This document shows positions 48,501-64,000 of a stretch of 64,000 nt of DNA, piece after piece. Position numbers and translations under genes: made by a program. The DNA is from the human T2T-CHM13v2.0 reference genome, Homo sapiens. Every line of letters starts with the position of its first letter. The first letter of the stretch is position 1. The stretch is taken from NCBI RefSeq assembly GCF_009914755.1, contig NC_060925.1; one strand, written 5' to 3'. The notes below the pieces were generated by a model. It saw only the letters and a program-made list of their open reading frames with translations. It was not told the origin of the DNA and did no database searches.

Positions 48501-51500
48501 TCTTCCTTTTTCTTTATCCTTCTCTCCTTTGAATCACATCCTTTCTTCCTTTATTCTTCCATCTCCTTAGCCACTTTCCTTCCCTCCATCTCCCTTTTAA
48601 TCACTGGCCCTCTTATTCTTCTCAATGTGCCTGAGAAGTGGAGGCAAATCAGGACAAGTTTGGGGACTTCAATGATGACATAGTCAATAACCAACCAAAG
48701 AAGCAACAGTAAAAACAAACAAACAAAAAAGTCCAGTCTCAGGGGCATCAGGGACAAAGTTGAACTGAAGCAGGTGAGGAGGTTGTTGTGGGGTCAGAGT
48801 GTGTGGAGGGGAAGCTGTCTCTCTCTGCACCTGGGTGTGACGGCAATGATGAGAGTCACACCCAAGATCAAGATGGCTTCTTTCCTACACAGGAAATTTA
48901 CACATCATTAATTAGTTGAATTGGATTATCAAAAAGGATATAGTATCAGTGTTCATTCTGATGGGAAAAGAGAAGAACATTCTACCCCAGATGAACAGAT
49001 TTCCACCACTTTCAAAACCCCAAGGAACAGATGATCAGCACTAGCATCAGGGTGGAGTGGCCCTAGGCAGTGGGGTAAGGTAAAAAATGGAACACCCCTC
49101 CTGCCCCGTCCTCTGCATGAAATGCAAGAGTCAGCATCTGTCCAGCTCTTGAAAGGCATGCGCACCATCCATATGTTAATGCAAAATTGCATGGGAGGGA
49201 AAGGAGGGTGGTGGAATCTGGGATAAGAGCCCTTCCTCCTTGTTTTTCAACCTAGTGAAACCCCACACCTATGAACCACCAGGGCAATTTTCACTGGGAA
49301 GGAAAGGGAAAGGACATATCTCCATCAGTCAGCAAGGAGTGATTGAAGAGAGATGAGGGAATCAGATGGCCAGCATTCTCAACTGAACAAGCATAGAGGC
49401 CTTGTTGTGTTGTGGCCAACAATATGTGCCATCCCTTCTTACACCTACTGGTGCCAGGTGGGCAGAGATCCTGCACCAAGCCCCGCTGCACCTCACGCAA
49501 TGCATCACATGGGGGCAGCAAAATCTCAGAGGGAAGAACAAGGAAAGCAGACTCAGTGGGAACTTTTGGGTCCATTTTCTTCACCAGGGTGGCTCTGCAA
49601 GGTACCTGGCAAAGGAAGAAATGAAAGCACAGGCAAGTGCTCAGCCACCAGCTTAAGAGCTAGGTGTATATTAATACAGAGAATGGATCTGAGCTGAAAT
49701 CACTGGGAAAAGCCACAGGAGCCCATGGGGCTTGAATGAGGCCTTGGATTCTTGGATCCAGGAGGGGGCACAGCCAGGACAGTGGTTTGGAGGAGGATAA
49801 AGGGCATGAAGAGCCCCCCCAACTGCTGGGAAGTATGTACAGAGGGCAGATGAGGGAGCTCAGGTGCAAGACTCAGCCACAGACCAGACAGGCAGGCTCT
49901 GAGGGCCTGGGTGGGGTGTGGAACTCGCAGTGGTCTGCTGAGAACAGGCAGGAAAGTGGTGGGAGGCCAATTCTTATGTGAAGTATTTTGATTTCTAAAT
50001 ATTAGTTAATAACTCTAAACTTGAAAAAGCAGTGTGAAGACCAGCTTTAAGAGGGATGTGTGGGCTAGTGTTCAAACTGCATGTGTAATATTTTGTATCT
50101 TAAAAAGTGGGAGGCGAGGTGTCAGCAGCAAATCCGTTCATTCTTGGTGATGTCCCAAATATACATTATTATATCATATTTTAAAATTTTCTGTATGTTT
50201 AACACAGGTTTTTGTTTAATAAATTAAATTTGGCTGGGGAATAATATGCAAACTAACAAAACACATTCAAAGGCTGGACCCAGGCTTAAGGCCTCCGATT
50301 TTCCACTTCTGCCCCCAGTCTAGTGGTCCAGTGAGGGAGATAAAATATGAGACATGTTAGGTGCTGTGCACAGTAAATGTGCAGAGTGTCATATGAAAAG
50401 AAAGCGCTTCTGGAGGATCCATTCCCACAGGGGATTCATGGAGTCCTTGCATTTGGGCTGGATATCAAAAGATGGGTAGGATTTCAACAGACAGGAATGT
50501 GAGTGAAAGTATTCCAGGCAGAGGCAATGCAGTCTGCAAAGACCCAGCTGGTAAAAGGGGTCACCTTTAGGCAACAATGAGACCAGACCAGAGAACACTA
50601 GGCCAGGGGAAAGGTGGAAGATACACCTAGAAAGACATGATGGGCACAGACAGGATCACCCGGCGTCACTTCTAGAGACACCCTGCCTTCTTCCTTCTTT
50701 GCCCTCAGAGTACGAGTCTGTGCCCCTCTTAAAGACCACTTGACAATCAATTATTTCACATATAACATGCCTCATCTTTTCTCAAAAATTGGACTGTATG
50801 GGAAAAGAATGTCTCCTCCAGCGATGAATATTGATGTTGATGCTAAAAGCTGGGACATCATTCATTATGCAATGGGAATTGTTCAGCTGTCCCTGGAAGA
50901 TTATGATGGCAGTATTTTGTAGGATGGACTGAAAGAGACGATGAGGATACTTCAAGAATCTAGGTAAGAAATGAAGGCCTGATTTATGCATTGGTAACAA
51001 AACCAAATACAGGGGCAACTGAGGCAGGCCCGACGCAGAATGGCCACTAGTTTAGACAGGACTGGGTGTAGGCACAGAACTCTCATGCACCCACTTTCTC
51101 AAGCCAGAAACCTGAATGGTAGCCCCCCACTCCACCCACCTATCATTCATTGCTACCAAATTTACCTCCAGGACACCTCTTGAATGTGTCCTCTTCCTCC
51201 CTGGTAACATCATTCCTACTCGTACCCCCCTGCGCCCCCCACAGGCCTCCCCACCTTGGAGAGTCACCCGTGAAAGCTATCCGCAGCAGTGTTGCCAGAG
51301 TTGTCTCTCCAAACTAGTCTCACCATGTCACGCCCTTCCTTAAATCGAACCACTGGGTGGAGCCCCAGGACTGTTAGGGTGAGCCTGAGCGCCTTAGCAT
51401 AACAGGGCCCTCTGAAGCCCTGGGCCCTGCCTAACACTCCAGACTAATTCTTACCACCAATCCCTGTCCTATCCCCAGATTCTCCTACTTTGTGCCTCAA

Positions 51501-51789
51501 CAATTTTCCAAAACCCGGGGCTTCCTGCATGCAGCATGCTTTTACGTCAACCCAGGCCAGTACACGGCATTCTCTCTGCTTAGAGGGTGCCCAGCTCTCC
51601 TGCCAGTGCATCCTTCCCAGCTTCTTATTTTACAGCCTTCATGCTTTGTGCATATCTAGTTGCAGTGACATTAAATTTTCACTTATATATCCTGTTCCCC
51701 ACCCCTACACTGCCATGTCTCGAGGACAGTAACTCACCATATAATCTCTCTCTCCCCAGTGTCTGACACAAAATAGACACGTGGGCTGA

Positions 51790-51845
51790 TGGAAGAATGG
51801 ATGGATGCATGGATGGATGAATGGGTGGGCGGATGGATGGATGGA
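51790..51845. repeat. (GGAT)n simple repeat, probably an L2 tail derivative
   Basis: Visible repeat next to L2-like sequence. Confidence 0.7.
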
Positions 51846-52206
51846 TAAAACACAAGCAAATGGAACTGTTAGAATGGAGAGAGGAAGAGATGGGGAGTCA
51901 GGGAGCAGAATGCTTTGAACGACAAAGCAAGAAAGAATTCAAAGATGACTTTTCAAGGTGTTGATGAACCTGAAGAACCTGGATTATCATGATGAGAATG
52001 GGAAAAAAGGGAAGCCACACAGCAGGTATGGGGTTGAGAATGAACTCGTTTGTGTGATGTGAAGAGTGAATGTGGGAGTGAGAGGCCCATGAGCAGGGAA
52101 AAGGAAATGCTGATGAAGGTGAAGTCCAGCTGTCATGGTTATAAAGGGACTGGGAATTAGATCCAAAACCTGAAATCATGCAATGCCTGGAGTATTTTTA
52201 TACTAC

Positions 52207-52292
52207 AAAAAAAAAGAAAGAAAAAGAAAAGATGAAAGAAGAAAGAAAGAAAGAAAAAGAGAAAGAAAGAAAGAAAAGAAAGAAAGAAAGAA
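52207..52292. repeat. (GAAA)n purine tract
   Basis: Directly visible. Confidence 0.85.
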
Positions 52293-55096
52293 AATTTGCT
52301 TTTAAAAACTGAATTCAAAAGAGAGTTTCCCACTCTTAGGAGACTCAGGTGAGGGCCACTCAACCTCTCTGGGTACATGTGCTTCTTAAGACATCAGAGG
52401 ACTCTGGTGGGAATTTGGGTGGGAGTTCTTTTCCTTTATCACAGCCCAAGGTCTCACCCAAGACTAATGAGCAGGGAATGGAGTCGGTGATCTGAGGCGT
52501 GAAAGAGGTTCATTATGAGGAAGTGGAGAGGGGAGTCTCGATGAACAGAAAGTGCCTCGGCCATTCTCTCCCTGAAGGCAGGGGGCACTGGGGTCAGTTA
52601 CAGACTCCAAAACAGTCAGTAGTCTGTTCTGGAAATCTGAAGCTCCCTTTTGAATAGTGTAATCTTTCCTCAAGAAACGGAAGAACCAGCACTAGTGAAG
52701 TCAGCCCTTCTTCCTAATCAGGTACTGGCGACAGAGGGGTGGGTGTGAGATGGGCTGCAGGCCTATGGTCATCCTAACATGAACTCTGGCCACTGAGGTA
52801 GGAATACCCTTCTCATGAGCCCGGCCCTAAATCCTTCTCGCACCATCTGGAGCCTGTCAAATCCCTGGTGTAGCTCTGAGCAGGGCGGCTGTGAGGGCAC
52901 ATGGCTGGTGAGGTCACACAGGGCCTGTGCTTGGCTTAAGGGACTGACATGAGACCTCACATTTTATTTTGCATTGACCCTATCCCTGTAAAATATGTAG
53001 CCAGTCCTGATTATGAGAACTTCTTTTAGCAGCAGGTAAAACAACTATCGTTCATCGATCAATCATGGGTAAATGGAAAAGGCTCTCTGGCTCCCCTAGG
53101 GCAGTTCAATATCTTTGTGGAGTTCAGATTATAGAGCTAAAGATGGCTTCATCAGGCATGGTGGTGCAGGCATCAGCAGCACTGAACATTGGCTGTGTCA
53201 GTCCAGTGAATCTCAGGCTGTGAAGTCCTGTCTGTGATTTCTACCAAATCTATTAACTTCGACGCAGAAATCAGCAGAGCTACTTCAGCAGAAACCTTGA
53301 GGTGACTCTCGTTTCAGACATTCCCTAATGCTACACTTGACAAGATAACTGTCTAGTCAGATCCTTTTCCAGCCCCTTGACAAAGTGAACTAGCTTTTCC
53401 AAGGTCACACACTGTCCTTTCCCTCACCCAGCAAAGCCAGGTACAGTGGACATTGCCTGATTTGCAGCAATGGCAGGGACCCTGACTTACAGTTCCAAAG
53501 TCCTTGGCAGAGAATCTGCTTAACTCTGAGCTTTTGCTGAATGTACAATCTTGCCCTAGCATAACATGTGAAGCCTTGACAGGAAGAAGTTCCCCCTAAC
53601 CACCTCCCATCCCTTGCAGTCCCTTATGCCCATGAAAATCATACTTATAGTTGGCAAAATAATTCACCACAAGCCGGTTGGGCAGGAAGGAAACAAAATC
53701 AGCTTTCACCTTTGCCCTTAAGTGGTGTTGGAATATGTAAGCATCTGCACCTCTCTCATATCTGTCTCCCTAGCATTGAGCACTAGGCCCGGCACTTGCC
53801 CACTCAGCTGAGGGGTGAACTTCTCAGGGGCTCTGCTCTTAATGAGTCACAGTCTTGGGGCCCGGGGAAGGCCAGCTATACACAGGCGGTATCAGAACCC
53901 CCAGGCAGAATCACTCCCTACTTCAGCCCTGGTAGGTCCAGAAAAGCATCTCAGTGGAGTGTCTTTAGTGAATAAAAAGAATGCGTGGAACTGCTTTCAA
54001 TGAATCCCTGGTCTCCAGGAAATGGAGTCTGCCAATACTTTTACTTAGGCTAAACATCTTTCAAATACATGAGTGGGAAAGTCAGCTTGAATACCGCATG
54101 TACACTGATAACTTTTTCAACCTTCTTGAACACAGGGCAAAGTGGTATATGGAACAAATTGCCGCCTACCACATTGGCTTCCAAAGTTGACATTCCCAGA
54201 TGCTGGAATGAGGCAGAGCACCAGCTCGATGCAGAGAGCACTGTGAACAGTGGTTTGGATCCCAGGGGAGCAGCTGGAAATTGAAACCTATTGGAATGTG
54301 CTTTGGGTTAGCAGAGATGAACTTAAAACCACAGTCTGGCAGCAGAAAACTGCAATCTGCAGGGCACTTGTGGCTGTGACAATGAGAGAGAGGAGCAAGC
54401 ACTAGACTATTCATGCTGGAGATTGGCCAGGTGTGCTCCTCCCCTCCCACGGGGCAGAGAGGACGGAAATTATGTGAATGCCAAGGGCAACTGAGAAAAG
54501 GAGTCATGCTTGTGGTTTTGATTTGTTAAGTGAGCTGAGTTGGGAAAATAAAGATATGAGAGAAGGGGAGGAAGACAGACTATGAATGGTGAGGAAGGTG
54601 AAGGCCAGCAGCAGCCTTCCACTGCTGGACTGATGGAAGCAGTGGAAGTTATCCAATGGACAGCCAAGACAGGCACTTTTCCTGGCTCTTATTTTACTGT
54701 CTTCACTATTTGGAGCAGTTGTGTGAAAGGTGATCTACCAGAAGCAGACAAAGCCTGTTGCACCTTGCACTGCCCTTTGCCTCCATAATATTGGTGGAGG
54801 AGAGGATTTGAGCCTTATGTTTTATACTTACTGTAATCCCCAAGAAAGAATGGGGGGTCCCTAATTGGTCCCACAGTATTCTCAACCCTGTTTCCTCATT
54901 AAAATCACCTGGGGAGTTTCTACAAAATTACAGATACTTAGGCCTCACTCTAACGAATCACTCTCTACATTTAAAAGAAAAACAAAACAGCTCTCCAAGG
55001 TTAAGAAAATCTGTAGCTTAAACCAATCAAACCTCAAGAATTCCAAGGTGACCAGGTACAGTTTCTCTAATTGGAAGGTGGGCAGAGGCCCACTCA

Positions 55097-55415
<319 letters not shown>

Positions 55416-55489
55416 GAAGGTTAGAGAAAAAAATATATCTGTCTAAATGAATAGTGGCAGCAGCGGCTTTTCCCATGATCTCTCTTGCT

Positions 55490-56090
55490 GCTTGCCAAAC
55501 TCTGTTCTCCATACAACAGCCTGAGATTTTTTTAAAGTAAAATCAAATCCTATGTCTCACCTATTTAAAACCTTCCCATGGCTTCCCATTCCATTTACCA
55601 CACTATAAACTGATCTCCAGCTCTCCCGGGCACTGAATGATCTGCTCAACTTTCCAACTCCTCATCACTTCCCTTTTACTCATGATGCCCAGAGAGATCG
55701 ACCTTCCTTCTATTCCATAAACAAGCAAAACTTTCTTGCCTCTGAATCTTCACATTTGTCATTCCCTTTACATAAAATGACATTCCTCATCTTCTCATGG
55801 TTGGCTCTCTGTTGACATGTAGATCTCAGCTGAACTGTCACCTCCCTAAAGAGGTGAGACATCCCTCACTATCCTCTCCGAAATACGCTCTGCTTCACTC
55901 ATCACATCACGTTGTCTCTCTCCTCCTAGCTCTTACCAAAACCTGCAACTAACCTCAGTTGTAGATTTTATTGTTTATCTGTACCCGCATAGGGACCTTA
56001 GGCAGTCTTGCTCCCTGCTACGTTCCCAAGAGCTTAGAATCATGCCCAGTGTCATAGAGGGCCTCATAAATATTTATTAAATAAATTAAT
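55490..56090 (+). mobile_element. L2 3' fragment
   Basis: TTTAAAACCTTCCCATGGCTTCCCATT...AGAATCATGCCCAG...CATAAATATTTATTAAATAAAT, an L2-type terminus. Confidence 0.65.
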
Positions 56091-57049
56091 CCAGGAAGGC
56101 AAAGCTGGATCAAAATACATTAGCAGATCTGGAAAATTATAACCGTCCAAGGAGGAAAACTGTGAGTTAGGATGGAACCCAGCAGAATGGGTCACTACCT
56201 AAGCCAACAGACCTGAAAAGTCTTCTATCATTCCTTGACTGGACACTTTCCTGCATGAACCCACACCATAGTACAGGTTCACTTTTGCCCATATTAACCC
56301 ACAGAGCCAAGAGCTGGGTCAAAAGAACATTAGCATGGAAAACACCAAAAGAGAAAGCAGTCCCATAGCAGACTACCTGGTAATAACTTTTAAGGTCTAT
56401 TTGCTTAACCCAAACATATATATATATAGGGTGTCTACCACCACATATTTAGAAAGGAAAAATGAAGTATGGCGGTACAGCTCTACTTGCCTATAACTGC
56501 AATTCAGAACCCAGAAGTAAAAAGAAGTGAACCCCCAAACTTTCAAAACAGCAGTCCCTTAAAAAATTAGTTCATAAAATGTGTGACTCAAAGCAGTCCC
56601 TTTGGTTCTTCTCAGAATAAAAGATCTTAAAAGGGCAGATCAGTAATGACTGAAACCGTCAGTGGATTATAATTTTTTGCATATCCCGTATATCTCTAAG
56701 AAATAAGTATGGAACTTTGAACTCTGGACAAAAGAGCTACATCTACAAAATGTTTTCCAACAGAACTCATGCTCTCTATCTGTTAAACAGAGCAGCACAG
56801 TCAAGCCAGATGAAAGGAAAATATGAAGCAGGTGTCGTTAGAATATTTGGAAGAGTAGTGCATACTTTGGAGAATCATGATCATTGAAAAGAAGCTCAGA
56901 AGTCTAAATTAGATGTCACTGTTAATGGGTTGATAAAAAGAAAAATGAAATCACCATGCTCCCAGTGTTAGGCCTTAACTTTTTATGTAGCTGTGAAATT
57001 GTCTGCTGCATTGGTGGCTGATAATTTGAGGTCAGGGAGGGGTCTTTAA

Positions 57050-58200
57050 TCTGGCAGCAAGCAGGGAGTGCTTGTGCTGAAAGTTTAGGGACATACTAAG
57101 AAATCACATATCTAGGGGTGATTGGCTGGCTGACACAGCAGTCACAGCTGCATTATGGGACAGGATGCCTAGATGACCATGGGCCTTGAAGATGACCTTC
57201 AACACCCTTATTTGCATGGCAACATGTGACTTGAAACAAAATGGAAGCTTCATGGTTTAAGCCGTTTTTTACTAGTATAACAAAATATACCAGATTGGAT
57301 AATTTACAAATAAATACCAGATTGGATAATTTACAAATAACAGAAACTTATTTCTAATGTTCCAGAGTCTGGGAAGTCCATGATCAAGGTGTCGGTAGGT
57401 TCCATGTATGGTGAGAGCCCTGTGTCTCCTTCCAAGACAGCATCTTCTTGCCACATCCTCTGCAAAAGGTGGACACTGTATCCTTATGTGGCAGAAGAAT
57501 GGAAGGGGTCAGCTAGTTTTCTGAAGCCCTTTTATAAGGTCACTTACTCCATTCATGAAAGCCCTGTCCTCATATGTTAATCACTTCCTAAAGGCCCCAG
57601 CTCTAAACAGTATCACATTGGCAATTGAGTTTCAACATGTGAATCTGAAGGGGATATATTCAGACCATACAAGTTCAAGAGATTAAAAAGAATATGAGAC
57701 AAGAGTGATCTTGGTTTAGCTTAACTCATGCACTGCTGCAAGGAACTTTGGGGATATTTTTTACTTTGAGTCACAGAGCCAAGGCCAGAAAGAGCAGAAC
57801 AAGAAAGAACAGAGGAGCAAAGAAAAGCCTAAAATATTCTTTGTCATGACCTACAATGTTACAGGATTTTATGGCACATTGGCTAATGTCTATTCTGTGC
57901 AATGCACTGACTTCCAAGAAAAGTAGCAGAGTTTTCAAATAAGAGATTCAGGGACCCTGGAAGCAAATTAATATTGACAAGTCCAGTTCTTCACCAGTAA
58001 ATGAGAAAGGAGATATGTTTATTTTGGTCATATTGGATAGTTTTAGTAGATAGATGGAGGCTTTCTCAATAAATTACTACAGAGCTAAATGAATGGCAGA
58101 GATTAAAGTCTAAGAAATCTTCTCTTACCCAGCAGTCCCCAAGAACACAGCCTCAGACTGTGGGCAGACTCATGAAGAGCTGTCCCACCAGCCACGCCCC
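57050..58200 (+). mobile_element. Ancient LTR-retroelement (Gypsy/ERV-like) pol fossil, split by a MaLR LTR
   Basis: RNase H end (VLKV*GH...GDWLADTAV) and integrase (CLFC, GPWKQINID, ILVILDSFSR*MEAF, EIFS..VPKNTASDCG) in the correct order. Confidence 0.6.
57252..57672 (-). mobile_element. MaLR LTR (MLT1A/MSTD-like) with an internal 27-bp tandem duplication at 57287-57340
   Basis: Minus strand begins GTATGGTCTGAAT...ATGTTGAAACTCAATTGCCAATGTGAT...GGGGCCTTTAGGAAGTGATT. Confidence 0.75.
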
Positions 58201-60522
58201 ACAGTAAATGACCAAACCTAGGCTGACTTTGCTCTCCTTTGGCCTGTTCCCCAACCCTAATACCCCTGTCATCCATCAGGAATCACCCTCATGGACAGTG
58301 GGACTTGGTGCCATTTCTAGAACTTTACTCTTTGGAATTTCCCTTCTAAATCATAGAACTCTTTGTCAGATACCATCTTTCTTAGTTAGCCTCCTTCCAT
58401 TTGTGTTAAGTTCATAACTGTGGTCTCATGATTCTCCTCACATTAGAAAAAGATAAGAACATTTCAGTATTAAATTGTTCTTTGTGGTTAAGTAAACAAA
58501 TAAAAAAGCCTTGAAGATAAGACTTGAAATCAGAGAAAACATAAGTACGATAATGTCCACCCCTCCAAACACCCAGTCAGAATCTTGCAAATCAGTTTTT
58601 TTTCATGCTTTCCTGCTTGTTAGTGATCACGTTGCAAAATTTCCCCAAGTTTCTTTTATTACAAGGACTTCAATGCAGGTGTAGTGGCCCACTTAAGGTC
58701 ATCTCTTCAACCATGAAATCACAAGCTGAGGACTTAGGGGAGTCATCAGAGATTGGTTTGTGGTAAGAGTGAAACAAATCACATGAGCATATGGTATTAA
58801 AACAATGTGGCATACAGACAATGACATTAGCTTACTTTACAAGAAAATGTAGTAGAAGCTCTCTTTGTATACATCTACCTGGTGATAACTGTGCTCCTGG
58901 ACACACATGGGTATAATTTTTTAGGTTGCAACTGGGCTCAGAGGGCTAGATCAAAAATTCCAAGGGAAATGAGCAAGAATATTATCAAGATAATACCAAA
59001 AAGCTGTTCTCCATTGCTCAGAAACATGGGAAAAGGAATGCCCACAGTAAACTGAAGAGATGCATATAAAAATCTCAGAAGGAATCTCTTCAATTCTGAA
59101 AATGTCTTACATTTGGAATGCAATCTGATAGAAAGGCAAAAGACAAAGACCTGAACAGGCAAAAGACCTGAACAGACACCTGCCAAAGAAGATACATAGA
59201 TTACAAAAAAAGCATATGAAAAGATACTAAATATCATATGTCATTAGAGAATTGCAAACTAAAACAAAAATACCCCTGCACATCTATTAGAATGGTGAAA
59301 ATCCATAACACTGACAACACCAAATGCTAGCAAGAATGTGGAGCATCAGGAATGCTCATCCATTGCTGGTGGGGATGCAAAACGGTAGAGTTTGTAAGGC
59401 AGTTTGGCAGTTTCTTATAAAGCTATACATATTCTTAATGCATTATCCAGCAATTATGCTCTATTGCATTTACACAAATAAATAAGAAACTATGTCCACA
59501 CAAAAACATACTTTTAGGTTAGATCTTTACAGCAGCTTTATTCATGATTATTGAAACTTGGAGGCAGTCAAATCACCCTTCAGTAGTTCAATGGATAGTG
59601 GAATATTATTAAGTGGTAAAAAAAAATAAGAACTATCAAGCCTTAAAAAGACACGGAGGAAGCATAAACATATATTACTAGATGCAAGAAACCAAAATGA
59701 ACAGGCTACATGCAGTGCGATTCCAAATATATGACATTCTGGAAAAGGCAAAACCTTGGAGACAGTAAAAAGTCAACGGCTGTACTAGTCAAAATGCATA
59801 GAGGGATGAATAGGCAGAGCACAGAGGACTTCTAGGGCAGATGATACTAAAATGGTGTTTACATGTCAGTATACATTTGTAAAAACTCAGAGAATGTGCA
59901 AGGCTAAGAGTAAACTGTGGACTTTGAGTGATAAAGTTGTGTCAATGCAAATCAATTGATTGTACAAAATGTACCATTCTGGTGCAGGATGTTGATAGTG
60001 GCGGAGTCTGTGTATGTGTGGGAATGAGAGTATATGAGAACTCTCTGCACTTTCTCTCAATTTTGTTGTGAAGCTAAAACTGTTATAGAAAATAAAGTCT
60101 ATTTTAAAAATTAAATGAGAAAATATATGTAAAGTGCCATATATAGTAAATGACTCAATTAATATATTAGAGCTCATATGTAGAGCTTTCTATGTGCAAG
60201 GAGATGTCCCATATGACCTCTTGGTCTGATCTCAACTGATTTTTCCTTAAAATAAATATCTGGAGTGGACTTGCTGGGTCAAGTGTGTGAAAGTTTAAAA
60301 TATTTTGTCAAATACTCACCAGAAATTTGCATAAACGTACACTTCCACAAATAACATGCCTGTCTCCCCACATCTTCACCAACACATAGAAACTTCACTG
60401 TATCTAATATTTGCTAAACCACTTGTAGTTTTCAAACTGAGTTTAACTAAGGGTGAATGTTCTTTGTAATGCAAGAGAAGTCCCCAAGGAAAGAAGGTAG
60501 CTTGTTGAAAGTACGACAGTCT

Positions 60523-60872
60523 ACCTTTTTTTTTTCTTTTTTCTTTCTTTCTTTCTTTTTGTTTTTCTTTTGAGATGGAGTCTCCCTCTGTCACCTAGGC
60601 TGGAGTGCAGTGGCATGATCTCAGCTCACCGCAACCTTTGGCTCACCGCAACCTCCACCACCTGGGTTCTAGCAATTATCCTGCCTCAGTCTCCCATTAA
60701 GCTGGGATTACAGGCACATGCCACCATGCCCAGCTAATTTTTTTGTATTTTTAGTAGAGATGGGGTTTCATCATGTTGGCCACGTGGGTCTCACCCTCCT
60801 GGCCTCAGGTGATCCACTCTCCATGGCCTCCCAAAATGCTGGAATTAACAGTTGTGAGCCACTGCACCTGGC
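60523..60872 (-). mobile_element. AluS, antisense, with a short internal duplication (GCTCACCGCAACCT twice)
   Basis: Alu body with a poly(T) tail. Confidence 0.88.
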
Positions 60873-62999
60873 ATTTTTTTTTTTCTTAAACATTGGAGTT
60901 CCAAGAACTCTGGGATTGGCACAAAGTTCCAATTTCATCAGAAGACTCAACTGGGAAAATAGCTACTTTCAAGCTCACTTACATAATTGTTGGAAGATTC
61001 ACTTCCTCGAAGCTCATTAGACCGAGAGCCTCAGCTCCCCTTTGACTGTTCGCTGCCCTCAGTTCATTGCTATATTGTCCTCTCCAGCATGGCAGCTTGC
61101 TTCATCCAGCCCAGTGAGAAAGAGGAAATGTAAAATCAAGATGGAAGTAACGATCTTTTCTAACCTAATCATGGAAGTAACATCCCATCATTTTTGTCTT
61201 ATCATATTGATGAAAAGCAAGTTACTAGGTTCAGCCCACACACAAAGGAATGAATATGAAGAAGTAGAACCACTGGAGTCACCTTAGAGGCTGGCTACCA
61301 TACCATCATTTTCAGCCTCTGGAGCACCTGGTTGAATGGCAGCTATGTGACCTTCCCAAAATAACTGACAAACAGAGAATTAAGTAGGAGATGGAAAAGA
61401 GATTTTGCCAAAGACTTCTTCTTCCTCACTCCAAAGGCCTTGCTGGGAAAGATAGCCAAGTTGAGCTCATATAAACCAAAAGCTCTGCCCCCAGTTCTCC
61501 TGTATGGTGGAGGAGATGGCCCATTTTTCCCTACTTCTGAAAACTGGCTCTTCAAGTACCCTTCAAATACCTGGGACCCTACTCATAGCCATGTTTTAGC
61601 TGGGAGGAAAATTGCTTCTCCTTGGCAAACAGCTTTGGCCTGTTCATTGGTCCCAGCCTCACATTAGTATGGAAAACTTTCTACTTTTTTCATTTTTGTG
61701 GTCACTGTTCTCTTCTATTTCTTTTTATGTATTAGTTCATAAGCACTAAGTTTCAAAAGCACTAAGACATTCTAGAGTCTTTGATTGTTCACTCATCCTT
61801 CCTTTCATTTATTCAGTAAACATTTATTAAGTTTCTATTACGTGTCAGATGTTGTGAAAATTCTTATGGTAATAAAAAGGTGTATGAGACACAGATGCTT
61901 TATTGAGTCAAACACTCGAAAATGTTTGAACATTTGCTCTGTACAAGGTGCTGAGGATTCATAAAGGCAGCAGTCCAGTTTTAAGACAACAAAAACAAAC
62001 TCTTGACTCCACTGGCTGTAACACCTTTTTACTGAGATCTTCATGACACTACTTCTTGAACAGGTGTTTATTAAGTCACTGTCTTCACATTTTTCTTCTA
62101 TTCCTCAACACACAGATGAATTGTGTGTTGGACTTTCCAATTGAACTTTCAACCCAACAGTTCCTGGAAATTTCTCTTACCAAATTACTTATGATGTTGT
62201 CAAAATCAATAATCAATTATTTTCCTATTGCATTTGATGCGTCAGCAGCATCCAATAGTGGTCCACACTCTTCTTGAAACACTTTCTTTGCTTGACTTTT
62301 ACAAGGCCATCTCCTAATTTTCCTCTTGCCTGCTACCAACTCCTACTCAGTACATTTAGCTGGTCCCTCCTTCTCTGTTCAACCTCTAAATATTGATACA
62401 TCTATTCCAGGATTCAGTCCAGGAACTTTCCCTTTTATCCATGAATATTCTTACCCTAGTTTATTTCATCTAATCCTGTGCCTTTAAAAATTATTCTGTG
62501 CTACTCATGTCCAAATTGACCTCTCTAGGACTATAGCACAAGGGGTGTCATTATCCTAAAGTAACCCAGAAATTTAATAAGCTGGCCTAGAAGAGGGATT
62601 TCCTTTTCCCAACATGAGGGGCTGTGCCTACTATAGCTCCCTGTACAATGGGTGGCTTTATCCCCTAAGAAAAGGAAAACTCTTTGCATGAGGCCCAAGG
62701 ACTCTAGGTGCTGGGCAGTTGAGTTTCACCATCTTGTGAACAGTTGGCACCTAAATCCAGACTGTTTCACACCAACAGCCTGTGTGTTCCTCCATTGTTA
62801 AAGCTGTGTCCTTCTGCTTACATGACAAAAAAAAATTATAATAAGGGAGACTAGTGTTCCTACATTGGAATGCAGATTGCCGTTGTGAGCCCATCATTTC
62901 TTGACAATTTATGCATTAGCATAAAAAAGAGAATACAGAAATCATGCTATCTATTCTTTTTCTGATCAGTAATCTTTGTGAGTTTTCCTAATATAGCAT

Positions 63000-64000
<1,001 letters not shown>

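Overview
Repeat-rich primate DNA, recognisably the human 1p12 HSD3B cluster. It contains the complete, intact 4-exon HSD3B2 gene (3-beta-hydroxysteroid dehydrogenase/delta5-4 isomerase type 2, CDS 142+165+812 nt = 372 aa, + strand) with its STAT6/NBRE/STAT5/SF-1 promoter, and an unprocessed HSD3B pseudogene about 23.5 kb downstream (probably HSD3BP2). There are two minus-strand processed GAPDH pseudogenes and parts of three tandem segmental-duplication units (period about 28 kb). Mobile elements include a full-length decayed 8.7-kb ERV1 provirus (Arg-tRNA PBS, EnvR(b)/PABL-like env, AACC TSD) inserted antisense about 250 bp behind the HSD3B2 poly(A) signal, two large L1s, several Alus, MaLR/MIR/L2 relics and an ancient LTR-retroelement pol fossil. 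I found no convincing new protein-coding system. The most interesting signals come from comparing the paralogous units: empty versus filled insertion sites that order the duplications, a roughly 13-kb junction through a GAPDH retrocopy, pseudogene alleles that match clinically known HSD3B variants (possible gene-conversion donors), ERV-borne regulatory candidates and several templated-insertion scars. Repeat subfamily names and pseudogene symbols are from memory, not database searches.
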